NCBI GenBank assembly: GCA_964187785.1
Contig: OZ076409.1
Coordinates: 79,052,001 to 79,116,000 of the forward strand
DNA length: 64,000 nucleotides
DNA from: Amphiscolops sp. MND2022
Taxonomy: Eukaryota
Reading direction: 5' to 3'
Shown here in pieces: positions 52,401 to 62,400 of the stretch. Positions within the stretch are counted from its first letter, which is position 1. Each line of letters begins with the position of its first letter. Both the position numbers and the translations under genes were made by a program. A model generated the notes under the pieces. It saw only the letters and a list, made by a program, of their open reading frames with translations. It was not told where the DNA came from and did not search any database.

Positions 52401-55400
52401 GATTGAGAGGGAAACCCGCCCAGAACTCACCATAGACGCCCTGATAGACGAGATAACCGCAAACGAGAATTGCCGACAATTGACCCTGCCCCAACCGGAA
52501 GAATGGCAGGTAAAAGGTGTCACTTCGACGTATCATGCCTATTCTCCGATTCCAGTCAAAGTTTGCATAGATGGTGTTGACATGCGTTTTGGTGCCACTA
52601 TCATTACTGACGCATTTCCTCCTGGAATCTGCTTGGGACCACAGGAGCTGCGCTGCTATAACATTGATGCTCAAGAACCAACTGGTGAAGCGAGAATCGA
52701 TGAGCGTGCGTCGCTCGTAGTTTCATTCGTGGTTCCCGATGCTGCTCCCGTGCCATTACGTGGTCTGATAGACACTGGATCAGGAGTGTCCATCCTCACC
52801 TTCTCAGCCTACAATCGAGTCGCTGTGCGCACTGGGACACTCTTACGACCTTATGGTATTGACTTGTATGCCGCGAATGGGAAAACGATCAAAACTTTTG
52901 GTCTAGCGGAGAAAGTCAAGTTCCAATTGGGAGGCTACGAACTGGAAACTAACTTCGTGGTAGTTGACGACGCCATGGGAGTGGAAGACTTCCTCCTGGG
53001 CAGAAACTTCCTAAGAGCTTATCAAGTCTTGGTGGATCTAACCGCGATGAAGGTCATTGTCCGAGCTCCGTCTGAACCAGTGTGGTACCATGCCCACACA
53101 CAAGTAAGTAACGAATCACTCAATTCGTCGGTAGCGATTGCACAGGACGTAGTGTTGCAACCTTTTGAACGCGCAATACTACGCGCTAAACTGCTTGTAG
53201 ACAACTTAGAACCTTTCATATTTCGAACCGTGCTAATCAATTTCCAAACACCTAACCGAATGTTAAAAAACGCCATCTTTTTAGAGGACACCGTGGCGAC
53301 CGTGGGGGAGACTGGCTTCCTTTACGTCAGTTTAGGAAATCTTACTAGCAACGTGCAGCGGATTAAAAAGGGCACCCTTTTAGGAACCGCGGTACCCGTA
53401 ACGATGGTTCACAAAGCCATCCCCCAAATTGTCCCCGGACAATCAAGTGAAACTCAGCAGTCAAATGCAAATTATGTTTGTAAAGTTTACGAACAGATGA
53501 ACCTTGACTCCTCTTCTGAATATAGTTCTTCATCTGAATTTGAGTTTTTGTCCTCTACCGAACCGTCAGAACTAGGCTTGTCCGAGCGCGAAGTAAAAAA
53601 ACGAACCGATCCGGCGTTAATGGCTCCGATACCGGGCCCGGAAGCACAACTCGACGAAGTGCGCGGTTTGTGGGGATCGACCGCCAGCGACACGCTTAGT
53701 AAACTTTTGAATGAATTTGATGATTTGTTTATGAAATTCAAAGCCGATATTGGTAAGTGTAAAATCGCCAAGCACCCGGTGGAAGTAGAGCCAGGGGCTG
53801 TACCCCACCGTGAAGGTGCAAGACGAATGTCGCCTGACAAGGCAGAACGTGCAAACCAAGAAGTCCGTGACCTGCTAGCTTTGGGAATGATACAGCCTTC
53901 TCTATCCCCTTGGGCGAGTGGAATCGTCATGGTCAAAAAGAAGAGTGGTGAATTGCGATTCTGTTGTGACTTTCGACCACTTAATGAAGTGACCATCAAA
54001 GACGCTTATCCCTTGCCACGTATCGATGAAAGTCTATCCAGATTGGGCAAAGCCAAAATCTATACTAGTATTGACTTGGCATGGGCATTCTGGCAAATTC
54101 CTGTCCGAAAAGCAGATCGTCAAAAGACTGCCTTCGCTTGTGAACTTGGGTTATTTGAGTGGCGGCGTATGCCTTTTGGTATGTGTAACGCATCAGCAAC
54201 ATTTCAACGGGCAATAGCGCGAGCGCTACAAAGAATAGTGAACCGTGAAGGAAGTATGGTTATGGCCTACATCGATGACATTGTGATTGCTACCGAGACC
54301 ATCGAGGATCACATGGATAGACTACGCGAAGTATTCCAATGCCTGCGTGAGGCCGGGTTCAAAATGAGAGTCTCCAAGTGTGACTTCATGAAATCGGAGA
54401 TCAAATATTTGGGCCGGGTCGTATCCGCAGATGGTATCAAGCCAGATCCAAAAGCTGTCACCAAGCTGAAAGAATGGGATATCCCGCGAACCAAAACTGA
54501 ATTGCAAAGTTTCTTGGGTTTTGCCAACTACTATCGGGATTTTATCCCATGGCATGCAAAACTAGTTGCCCCTTTACACGCGATAACGGGAGGAGCCTCT
54601 TCATTTTTATGGGGGGAGGAGCAGCAGCGAGCCTTCAACAGCATCAAAGTGGCACTAATGGAAGCCACCGCTCTGGCGCAACCTGACACTGAAGGCGAAT
54701 TTGTTCTCGACACGGATGCTAGTGGTGTAGCTATATCGGGTATTCTGCACCAATGGCAAGGACCACCTGAGAGTCGCAAACTGCGACCGATTGTATTCGG
54801 AAGCAAAAAATTAACTGCTACGCAAGCAAAGTATGGAGCCCCAAAATTGGAAATGTATGCTGCATACTATTTCATCTTGAAAAACCACAGTTACCTCTGT
54901 CCACGAAAGTTCACACTGAGGGTAGATAATCAGGCCCTATCCTGGCTAAAAACATATTCGATGGATCAGGCGATTATCGGTCGATGGATTATGGCTCTTG
55001 AAAAATATCACTTCAGCATTGAGCATCGACCCAGAACGCAACATCGAAATGCTGATGGTCTTAGCAAACGAACAAATGATTACAAAAAACACGAAAAGCA
55101 ACTAAAAGGCTTACCCGCAATTGCAGACAAATGGGATTTCCTGTCACAGGAGGAATATAACAAACTCCCGCTAGCCCCATGGTTCGACGTCCACGGACGC
55201 GTGATACCAAATCATCCAGAATTGCCTGCACACTTGCAGAGGTTGGGTAGCCAAAGTTCACCCGAGACCACAGTTGCCGCTCTCTCGCGAAAGAGCGGAG
55301 GAAGCAAACGAAATGCAACCATACGCGAGGAAGCCATGAGAGCGCCTCTACCTACATTGCCAAAACCAGAATTGACACTGCCCGCCGAACTTTATCCAGA

Positions 55401-58400
55401 ATATCCTGAGGATTGGTTAGAACTGACCGAGGAATATCAACGAGACTATCTACTCCCCACGCATGCTGCTAACGTACCATCAAGAACCACTTACCCACTA
55501 ATGGAAAAGCAAGCAACTAGCACTGCACCAGAGCACGTAAAACAAGCCGCGTTTGTGGTAAACAGCACATCAATGGAACTGCATGAACATGCTAACACAG
55601 TCCATGGATTGAAGGATCTACTACTAGCACAAAACCGTGACGTCCATATATTGGCCATCAAGAAATTGGTAATGCAAGAATCAATAGATAATGACGTCTT
55701 TCCGGAAAATGTGCGCACCTTTGCCAAAAACTACCACAAACAGAAGAAGAACCTCCTACTGATAAACGCCAACGGGATTTTGTGTGTAAAATACTCCAAA
55801 ACTCAAAGAGCTTTGCATGAACGCCCCTGTATGATAGTGATGCCACAATTGTATCAGCATGAGATACTATTCAAGGCCCACGACGCGATGGGACATCAGG
55901 GCATCGCGAAAGTCTTGGCCAGAATTCAAGAGCGCCACACTTGGCCAGGCATCCGCCGCACCATTGGACAATACGTCAGTCAATGTATCACTTGTCAACA
56001 AGTACGCGACAAGCCTGGTGATGTACGCTTTCACTTGAAAAATATCCAAAGCGGTTATTTCAACGAGCTAGTCCAATATGACCACATGAAAATTTGTCCC
56101 TCTGATGATGGTAACACAGGGATATTGGTTATTATCGATCATTTCTCTAAGCTCGCAGAAGCTGTGCCATGTAACCACGATGAGTACGATGCAGCGACCA
56201 CTTCAAAGTTGTTGTTGCAGAAGTGGTTTGCCCGCCATGGAACGCCAACGAGGATGCAGTCAGACAATGCTCCCAATTTCACCGCGGCAGTATCTGCTGA
56301 GTTTATGAAAGCAGCCCAAGTGACCAAAGTAACCTCAACTGCTGGCCACCCCAGGACTCAAGGGTTGGTAGAACGACAAAACCGAACGCTACTCACCCTA
56401 CTGCGTGTATTCTGCTCTAGACGAATGCGTGACTGGGATCAGTACCTAGATGAAGTTATGGGTGCATACAACTCCACACGTCATGCCACTACTGGATTTT
56501 CCCCGTATATGCTGACCAGAGGCATGGAAAAAGCTATACCCCTGACTTTTTTGTATCCGGAATTTGCAACTCAGTCATTCGAATCACACGAAGCCTATGT
56601 GGAACATGTGCTGGCTCGACAACAAGAGATTCATGACTTAGTCCGTCGCAACACGCATCAAGCCCAACAACGACAAAAATTGAAGTACGACAGAGCAATT
56701 CGTGCTAAGGCCTACGAAGTGGGCGAACCTGTTTGGGTATTCTGCCGATACATTCCTCAAAAGGGATCTCCCAAATTGATGAGAGCGTGGCGTGGTCCTC
56801 ACAAGGTAGCACGAGTGCTACAAGAGGGACGTGTTTACATACTTGACACTGGGCAGAAAGTGCATTTCGAACGATTGAAACCGCATCATGGTGGTCCAAC
56901 AGAATGGGCAGCTGTTCCTGCGCATAACGGCGAGGTTGCTATTATCATGGACCCTGATCCAGAACAATCCCATGAGGAGGTGAGAGACGATGCTTCACAA
57001 CCTTCTTACCGTGCAGAGGAACCAATTTCGGAAGCCAGTGATGCCTCTTTGCCTTCTCGACAAAGACATTGGATGGACACACGGTTACGCACACACATGC
57101 GCGCAGGTGGCAGCCGCCTACATTATCAACAATTTGGCTACTCTTCGACTGAGTCTGACGATGAACGTTCTGATGTACTCCTATCGAGTGCTCAAACAAA
57201 TCCTGACGAAAGTGTCATCTTGCCATCACAAGCAGACGAGCCTGCGCCTATTCCCGAAATGCCAATATCACCACTACCTGCTATGGAGGCTCTATTTTCA
57301 GAGAATGAAGCAGTACCAGACGCATTAGATGTCGCCCCGAATCCTAATATCCACGTACCCACCGAAAGTGCCGCCACTTCTTTGACCGGTACATCCGCCC
57401 CATTATTGACAAATCCATCTCTTACGGATATGTTGAGTAACTTTCCCATTTGGCCCCTAATCGATGACAATGACCTCAACCCAACCCTGGACGACGACGG
57501 TGCCGACACACCAACGACCAATAACGAAAAGGGATCAATTCCCCCTGTAACAAATCCCATCAACAATGATGCAGCTACTACCACGAAACTCCCCAATGCT
57601 CCTAGAGGGCGTGGACCCCGGGGACGTCCGCCAGGCAGAGCAAGGCCGCGAGCCTCGCTACCACGTGGTCACCAACGGAGAGGTGCTATTAGAGGCACTC
57701 GCAAAAGAGGCCGTCCCAGAGGTAGACCTCCTCGTACAACGCACGCCAGACCTAACACTCCTACCCATATTCGTAACACTCCATCAATGGACACTGACTC
57801 TTCTGCCCCTAGCGCGGCGGTTACCTCAGATCAGGCAGCACCACCAGAATCGACCAACGCTCATTATGGACTGCGACGCAATCGTATTCCCAGATATCGT
57901 TGCGGAACATGTGGCCTACGAAACTGCGAATGTAACTACATGGTCCACGCGGGCTTCCCAATCGAATCCCAGGGAGTCCTACTAGCACGTGAACAGGAGA
58001 AACCACTTCCGAGCGGAATGGTTGACCGTTTGATTATTCGAGCCGAGAAAACCTACACTGGGCTACAACGCAGTGACACTCCATATCCCGTGGACTATAT
58101 CCTATCCAAAATGAAGGATTCTACGATAGCAAGGGCTCCGTGCCCAAGGTTCAAGGAGTGGACCTATGATCTTGTTGGTTTGGAGTTCACCTTACCCATC
58201 ACTGTTCCCCCTTTGCCTACAAATATTGCTTTTGGTCCTTTCAACTATGAGCGAGAGCCTATCCAAATGATACGCTGTATTCCTGCTGACCTCTTGTACG
58301 ACAAATACAAGGTCACAGCAAAACCAGGAGACGTTTATCAGCCTACAAGCAACTGGTGGCTACTAGTTACGGCCAAACAAGCATCCGACTTGGTTCATCC

Positions 58401-59256
58401 CACTAACTTGAACACCTGTCTGGAGAGTTTGCGGACGATGGCCTCTCCTGATAAAATCACTTGTTTCCACACGATAGACCTATATCGTGGTAAAATTAAG
58501 TTTGAATGGTGGCTGGAACTTATTATAGCAGTTTTATCAAATTTCTCACGAATCAGATTCCTGGACGAATGGACACACTCATTTCCTAGTCCTGTATCCC
58601 TCCAATCGGCCCTGCACGCACTGGATACATGGTCCAGGGCTAACATTGATAATCAATCATTGCCGCGATCTGTATGGCAAGATTTGGGCGCAATCAAGGG
58701 CCTCCTCCCGAATGCATGTGACGATGCTCTTTCCAAGGACCCCGGACGAGAGTTAGTGTACCATGGAGCCGCGAGACCTCAATTGGTTGACTATGTGCAG
58801 TATGCCAATACGGACTTCCTGCAGACTCCCCATCATATCGTTTTATGTTGTCCTGCAAATCTGGAAACTAGTTCTGCCGCTCTTCGTTACGTCATTCGTG
58901 AGCATGGTGCAGATGCAATCTTTCAACTTCGACCGGAGGTTGGCAATATTGTAACGCTACCCACGTCTTTGATAGACGGCCATCCTCAGACTATCCACCT
59001 TTTAATCACACGAGCTACACCTCGCTGCCCTATGCTCGCTGATATTCTTTTTGGATGTCTTGATCATTTGAAAACGTTACTCGAGCGCTTGGAGGCGATA
59101 GAAGTACACTTTGCCATCGTTGATCCTGAACGCCCAATACGTAATCTTTTTGATTTTTATGCCTGTTTGATGGACGTATTCGCCGACACCCCCCTGACCG
59201 TCGTTCTTCACGATCGCGTTTACGTATCTATTGCAAGCGTCGCTAGCTTTCCGTAA
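49489..59256 (+). CDS. Gag-Pol polyprotein (3255 aa): coiled coil, capsid-like Gag, 2 CCHC knuckles, pseudo-protease + aspartic protease, dUTPase-like insert, RT, RNase H, integrase, AT-hooks, tandem macrodomain-like C-terminus
   Basis: CFNCGLPGHFAREC (51979) and CVNCGMTEHSASQC (52126); LIDTGS (Asp at 52771); SPWASGIV, DFRPLN, MPFG and YIDD (54268); DTDAS and DNQAL; H-x4-H...CITC, SDNAPNF, GLVERQN, WRGPHKV; RGRP motifs. No stop codon in 9.8 kb. Confidence 0.95.
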   Translation: MKPNSLRNLWISITRTLGRANTQRRSNHSKGGRKDISRCTETSKTPDPTGCETNLSAISDLTSDPKEEDWPTDDSFIMEPDFSDPMSDDASEEYQAKPVAKTTDDIGGSADETGSQAHTSKWLQELTKVAVTPFGTDEAGTWPNSNRTNAEEETEMSCLNATGQLKAPSVASESTANTAEILQQMSYVGGMNYARTRLQEATAPRASGKGKQVRPPALLAQTGTTGPHGDSRSSLPSSKAASARSSAYRAVHEAAKARKALLDAQIGVKQAASQLSERKARCDREHQSIMEEIEAVQTELRTSTERQAQGHEIQAARMDAMGYRMAEIKDMVTEREVRMEAQLQEVCSQIQAMGTMLKNIQPQPAPVSNTIKELLQDTNISLPKPMKSVSLKPKESVTISTNPSGSKQHLARYAPLPQTLVSNGEAASTSTKFIPSAVSTKNIPPTTKTHKKEPTCEVITIDTSSMGISDLREPTRANMLTEVTSTFQTANATLGESAVEFQTANDELPSGNPCASSTRRREVTLPENTDDSVNSTRGSSIPPPAISEETPISPEQLRFTEAISKAMSKELAPLIANRDQTRVRPTVYKGTKDGSVDGWLPVMKRFLERVHAKSPKIDRAWAIIDHLEGEARNYIINKSEPERDEPDKVFSLLASRFGTGGNRMHVRQTFMSRVQQEKEDWMQFLDALEGLRTQGFPDEPITTRRYEILQRFIDGVNDPTLRQELAVVYAAEAYLTEPPTVESLRFTTRQLQRHRPNTSKPYDPRYAMRSRPHPFVPGKLVHPAPGLPQNVLPPNQGQREAKPQMAPPAPASVKQAPAQQQPARVVPQGACFNCGLPGHFARECPSRDLARKPAARAAPEERVNLCENNVASACSGPVFCVNCGMTEHSASQCQNVPVHEDLAYSLWAEQPPASQTMSDSEMVLMLRPAETAHVATPLTVTCGKIQIQTNPEPTTFDPSGRTIMSVRLLLAIERETRPELTIDALIDEITANENCRQLTLPQPEEWQVKGVTSTYHAYSPIPVKVCIDGVDMRFGATIITDAFPPGICLGPQELRCYNIDAQEPTGEARIDERASLVVSFVVPDAAPVPLRGLIDTGSGVSILTFSAYNRVAVRTGTLLRPYGIDLYAANGKTIKTFGLAEKVKFQLGGYELETNFVVVDDAMGVEDFLLGRNFLRAYQVLVDLTAMKVIVRAPSEPVWYHAHTQVSNESLNSSVAIAQDVVLQPFERAILRAKLLVDNLEPFIFRTVLINFQTPNRMLKNAIFLEDTVATVGETGFLYVSLGNLTSNVQRIKKGTLLGTAVPVTMVHKAIPQIVPGQSSETQQSNANYVCKVYEQMNLDSSSEYSSSSEFEFLSSTEPSELGLSEREVKKRTDPALMAPIPGPEAQLDEVRGLWGSTASDTLSKLLNEFDDLFMKFKADIGKCKIAKHPVEVEPGAVPHREGARRMSPDKAERANQEVRDLLALGMIQPSLSPWASGIVMVKKKSGELRFCCDFRPLNEVTIKDAYPLPRIDESLSRLGKAKIYTSIDLAWAFWQIPVRKADRQKTAFACELGLFEWRRMPFGMCNASATFQRAIARALQRIVNREGSMVMAYIDDIVIATETIEDHMDRLREVFQCLREAGFKMRVSKCDFMKSEIKYLGRVVSADGIKPDPKAVTKLKEWDIPRTKTELQSFLGFANYYRDFIPWHAKLVAPLHAITGGASSFLWGEEQQRAFNSIKVALMEATALAQPDTEGEFVLDTDASGVAISGILHQWQGPPESRKLRPIVFGSKKLTATQAKYGAPKLEMYAAYYFILKNHSYLCPRKFTLRVDNQALSWLKTYSMDQAIIGRWIMALEKYHFSIEHRPRTQHRNADGLSKRTNDYKKHEKQLKGLPAIADKWDFLSQEEYNKLPLAPWFDVHGRVIPNHPELPAHLQRLGSQSSPETTVAALSRKSGGSKRNATIREEAMRAPLPTLPKPELTLPAELYPEYPEDWLELTEEYQRDYLLPTHAANVPSRTTYPLMEKQATSTAPEHVKQAAFVVNSTSMELHEHANTVHGLKDLLLAQNRDVHILAIKKLVMQESIDNDVFPENVRTFAKNYHKQKKNLLLINANGILCVKYSKTQRALHERPCMIVMPQLYQHEILFKAHDAMGHQGIAKVLARIQERHTWPGIRRTIGQYVSQCITCQQVRDKPGDVRFHLKNIQSGYFNELVQYDHMKICPSDDGNTGILVIIDHFSKLAEAVPCNHDEYDAATTSKLLLQKWFARHGTPTRMQSDNAPNFTAAVSAEFMKAAQVTKVTSTAGHPRTQGLVERQNRTLLTLLRVFCSRRMRDWDQYLDEVMGAYNSTRHATTGFSPYMLTRGMEKAIPLTFLYPEFATQSFESHEAYVEHVLARQQEIHDLVRRNTHQAQQRQKLKYDRAIRAKAYEVGEPVWVFCRYIPQKGSPKLMRAWRGPHKVARVLQEGRVYILDTGQKVHFERLKPHHGGPTEWAAVPAHNGEVAIIMDPDPEQSHEEVRDDASQPSYRAEEPISEASDASLPSRQRHWMDTRLRTHMRAGGSRLHYQQFGYSSTESDDERSDVLLSSAQTNPDESVILPSQADEPAPIPEMPISPLPAMEALFSENEAVPDALDVAPNPNIHVPTESAATSLTGTSAPLLTNPSLTDMLSNFPIWPLIDDNDLNPTLDDDGADTPTTNNEKGSIPPVTNPINNDAATTTKLPNAPRGRGPRGRPPGRARPRASLPRGHQRRGAIRGTRKRGRPRGRPPRTTHARPNTPTHIRNTPSMDTDSSAPSAAVTSDQAAPPESTNAHYGLRRNRIPRYRCGTCGLRNCECNYMVHAGFPIESQGVLLAREQEKPLPSGMVDRLIIRAEKTYTGLQRSDTPYPVDYILSKMKDSTIARAPCPRFKEWTYDLVGLEFTLPITVPPLPTNIAFGPFNYEREPIQMIRCIPADLLYDKYKVTAKPGDVYQPTSNWWLLVTAKQASDLVHPTNLNTCLESLRTMASPDKITCFHTIDLYRGKIKFEWWLELIIAVLSNFSRIRFLDEWTHSFPSPVSLQSALHALDTWSRANIDNQSLPRSVWQDLGAIKGLLPNACDDALSKDPGRELVYHGAARPQLVDYVQYANTDFLQTPHHIVLCCPANLETSSAALRYVIREHGADAIFQLRPEVGNIVTLPTSLIDGHPQTIHLLITRATPRCPMLADILFGCLDHLKTLLERLEAIEVHFAIVDPERPIRNLFDFYACLMDVFADTPLTVVLHDRVYVSIASVASFP

Positions 59257-59484
59257 AACTTTCGTTTGTCCGCTTTCTTTTTTTTGTTTTTCGTTTTTTT
59301 TGTCCGCTCGATTAAGTTTAGTGAATCGATACGAAGTTTATTTGAGACTATTACGTTATCTTTTTCTTTAATGTTAATGTGTAACATTCTATTACTTTCC
59401 CTGGTATTACCCTTAATTGACCTATGGTGTTACCCTACTATCAAGTGTGCTACAATCGACCTACGCTCTTTCAGAACTGTCGTC

Positions 59485-62400
59485 ATGAACCAAGATAATG
59501 ATAGAAGCAACAACGTCCCGCCGAGGTCTACAGACAACTCTCCTGCCTTGGGGCAACGCGTCTATGACACTGCGCGTGTCCAACGCACCCCACAAATTGC
59601 CTTTATTCGAGACAGACTCGACCAAGGTCTGTCGCCAGCTGCAGTGGCCGGGGTAGCAGCAATAATTGCCCAGATGGAATCACAATTGCAAGCCCCAATG
59701 CTAACGATATCAATTACCTCAGGGTTTCCTGGATTTCAACGATCCATGACGTACCAAGATGGAGTGTGGCACGGCCATGATCTTACGCATCACTTCACAG
59801 ATGATCGTGCGGCGATCTCGTATAGTCTTGCGAATGGCGGAGTCCACCAGACTAGACCTTTACAGATCCCTTCTTGCCCGCCTCCACCTCCACCGCCACC
59901 TCCTGTACCAACACCACAAGCAGTAGTGCGCGCGCGCACTCCTGCTCCTATGGTGCCTAGCCTGCCCAATCAATCTATGGCGGAGCAAGCAGTCATTTCA
60001 GCGCTACAAGCAGTGGCTGCCAATCCCAATTACGATGACTTCATGCGATCCATGGAGCAGTGTTGGCCAGAGCTACGTCGAATTGCTCTGCCCACTGTCA
60101 CTATTCGTAACGACAATGCGACTTCAACTGAAACACGTCAAGGTGTCATCACTATTCCCCACATCAATCCTCAGTCTGAACAGCCAGGACACTCTCGCAC
60201 CGTGACTGTGGAACGCAGTCGTTCGCCTTCCCGCTCTTCTCAAAAGGGGGGAGGAGAGAGCCGCCCTGCCTCCAGAAAGCGCAACGACCCCTCCCCAACA
60301 AAGAAGACTCAACAACCATTGACTGCCCGTGACAGCCCCTCGAGCAAGCCACCACCCGACAAAAAGATTTCCAACGAGAAGGCCACAACCTCCAAAGCGC
60401 CAGACCAAACGAAGTCAAAAGTGTCGGAAGCATGCGTGCTTCCCTCACCCCAATCACAACCGGACGTGACAGGCGAGCAACAAAGACTGCCGCAACCACC
60501 ATCCACGCAGTCTACAACACGCGAGTCGCTGGCTCAACGAGCGACTCCTAAGCCCTCCACGTCAGGACAGCCACAATCGGAGCAAACTGTGGGTTATCAA
60601 GGCACCCCTGTATCCCAGCGAACTGTCAAGGACATAATGGGTGATTACCCAGGGTTGAAAGTGACCAACAGTGGTCCAACTGGAACCCCACTCCGGAAAC
60701 AGGCGATTCAACATCCAACTAAGAGGACCTTTACGAAACAGCCGACGTACCTGAGCCCCATGCAGAACACAAAGGGCACATTGGTCACCAAGGATTCCCG
60801 ACGTATCTGGGAATCGGCAGTTATAGTATCGCCCGAATGGCTATTTGAGAAAAACATGTGTCCTCCAAGTGACGAAGAGCACGCGAAACTGAAGAAGGCA
60901 AATGTACCCGTATTCATGAATCGTCCAATCCGCCCAGACCACACTCCTACCAATGAGCCGCCATGGCTAGGGAAGGCAATGAATATGCTGCCAAACGTGG
61001 ATGACAATTACCTAGATGCCCTCAACGTTGACCTTCGTGGGCAATTCGCCGATCGATATTTTCTCAACGCTGGAGAGACCTTTGAGATCAACCCACGGTA
61101 CGCCCGTGATCTCGAAGCCCAGCTACCAATGCCAAAAGAAAGGTTGCAGCGTGCGCGCTTCGCCTTACTTATTGACTCAACATTCCTCAAGAATGTCCCC
61201 ATCGACAACGTGTTGTCAGACGTGATGGTTTTTACTCTACCGCTGTCACGTATTCCCGAGATGGCCGAAGTGTTGGTCACCATGTTTGACCCTGAGATGA
61301 CAGGAACCTTCAAAGAGCCACCTCCACGTAGAGTGATCATCAGCAACGTTTTCGATCACATGGCCTGTGAAGGACTAATGGCCCAGATCGCGAACGTTGA
61401 GATTATGAATCCAAGTCCGGCTCAGCGAACAACGGTACGCAATGCAGCATTGAACATGGCCCGAGCCATGGAGAAAGCCCAAAACATCTTGAAAGACAAA
61501 CTCAAGGTGCCAGCCCTGTTCGTGACACCCCCAGGTTTTTGCCAATGGCCCCCCGCCTTGCAGAGATTCATATACATGGTGACAGAAGTTTGCAAGTGCA
61601 GAGAAATAGACTTTGCGATCTGCGCGCCCAATATGCGGATTAGCTCCAATGACTTTCGCCCCTCCTGGCTGTCCTACATGGGGTACATTGCCTCAGTGTC
61701 TAAAGTGCTACAGTCAGTAGAGAAAACAGGGAACGCGCAGCTGACAATCGACGATGCCATTTACTTTGATCACGGCACTCGCATGGGCTTGTTGGTGTTC
61801 AACAAGGACGGAGAAAGGCGAGTCCCAGAGCCCAGTACGGCCGAATGCGAGGCAATCCGCCTGAATAACTGGATAGAGCGCGCGCGCTCATCCGGTGGAA
61901 AGATTTGTATCAAAACCGATCTTGCAGAAGTCACTGCCACAATGAGCAAAGTCCCCAGCGACCGAGAAGTAGAACGAGCCATCCCGCGAGTTCAATTTGC
62001 CAAGGACCTCACAATCGATCAATTATCAGTGGGAATGAAGTACATTGCTGCTAAATTGACGAGCGAAACTCAGGCTGAAATCCAAGCCTTCAGCAGCACC
62101 TACGACGCCTGGTACCAGCGGCTACAAACTACCACCGTAGCAGACATTGCAAAAGAGCTTGGGATGTCAACCGACCAGTTTGCCATCTGTTTGGGATTGG
62201 GTTGGAGTCCCGATGTTATTCGAGTCGAGTTCGATTTAGAGGAGAGTTGGTTGATCGAAATCAGCGAGATTATCGGTACCGTGCAGGTGAACGAACTCTT
62301 TGCACTGATGCTCACTTTCGGGCAGAAACGCTTTGTAGCTGGCCCAATGATGATATTGACTGACCTGGTTACCGAGTGTAATCTGGAATGGCTATTTTCA

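Noticed and set aside
59266..59484. Hydrophobic N-terminus of ORF2 as a signal peptide (env)
   Set aside because: It starts at TTG and its hydrophobicity simply reflects a T-rich spacer; the ATG at 59485 is more plausible.
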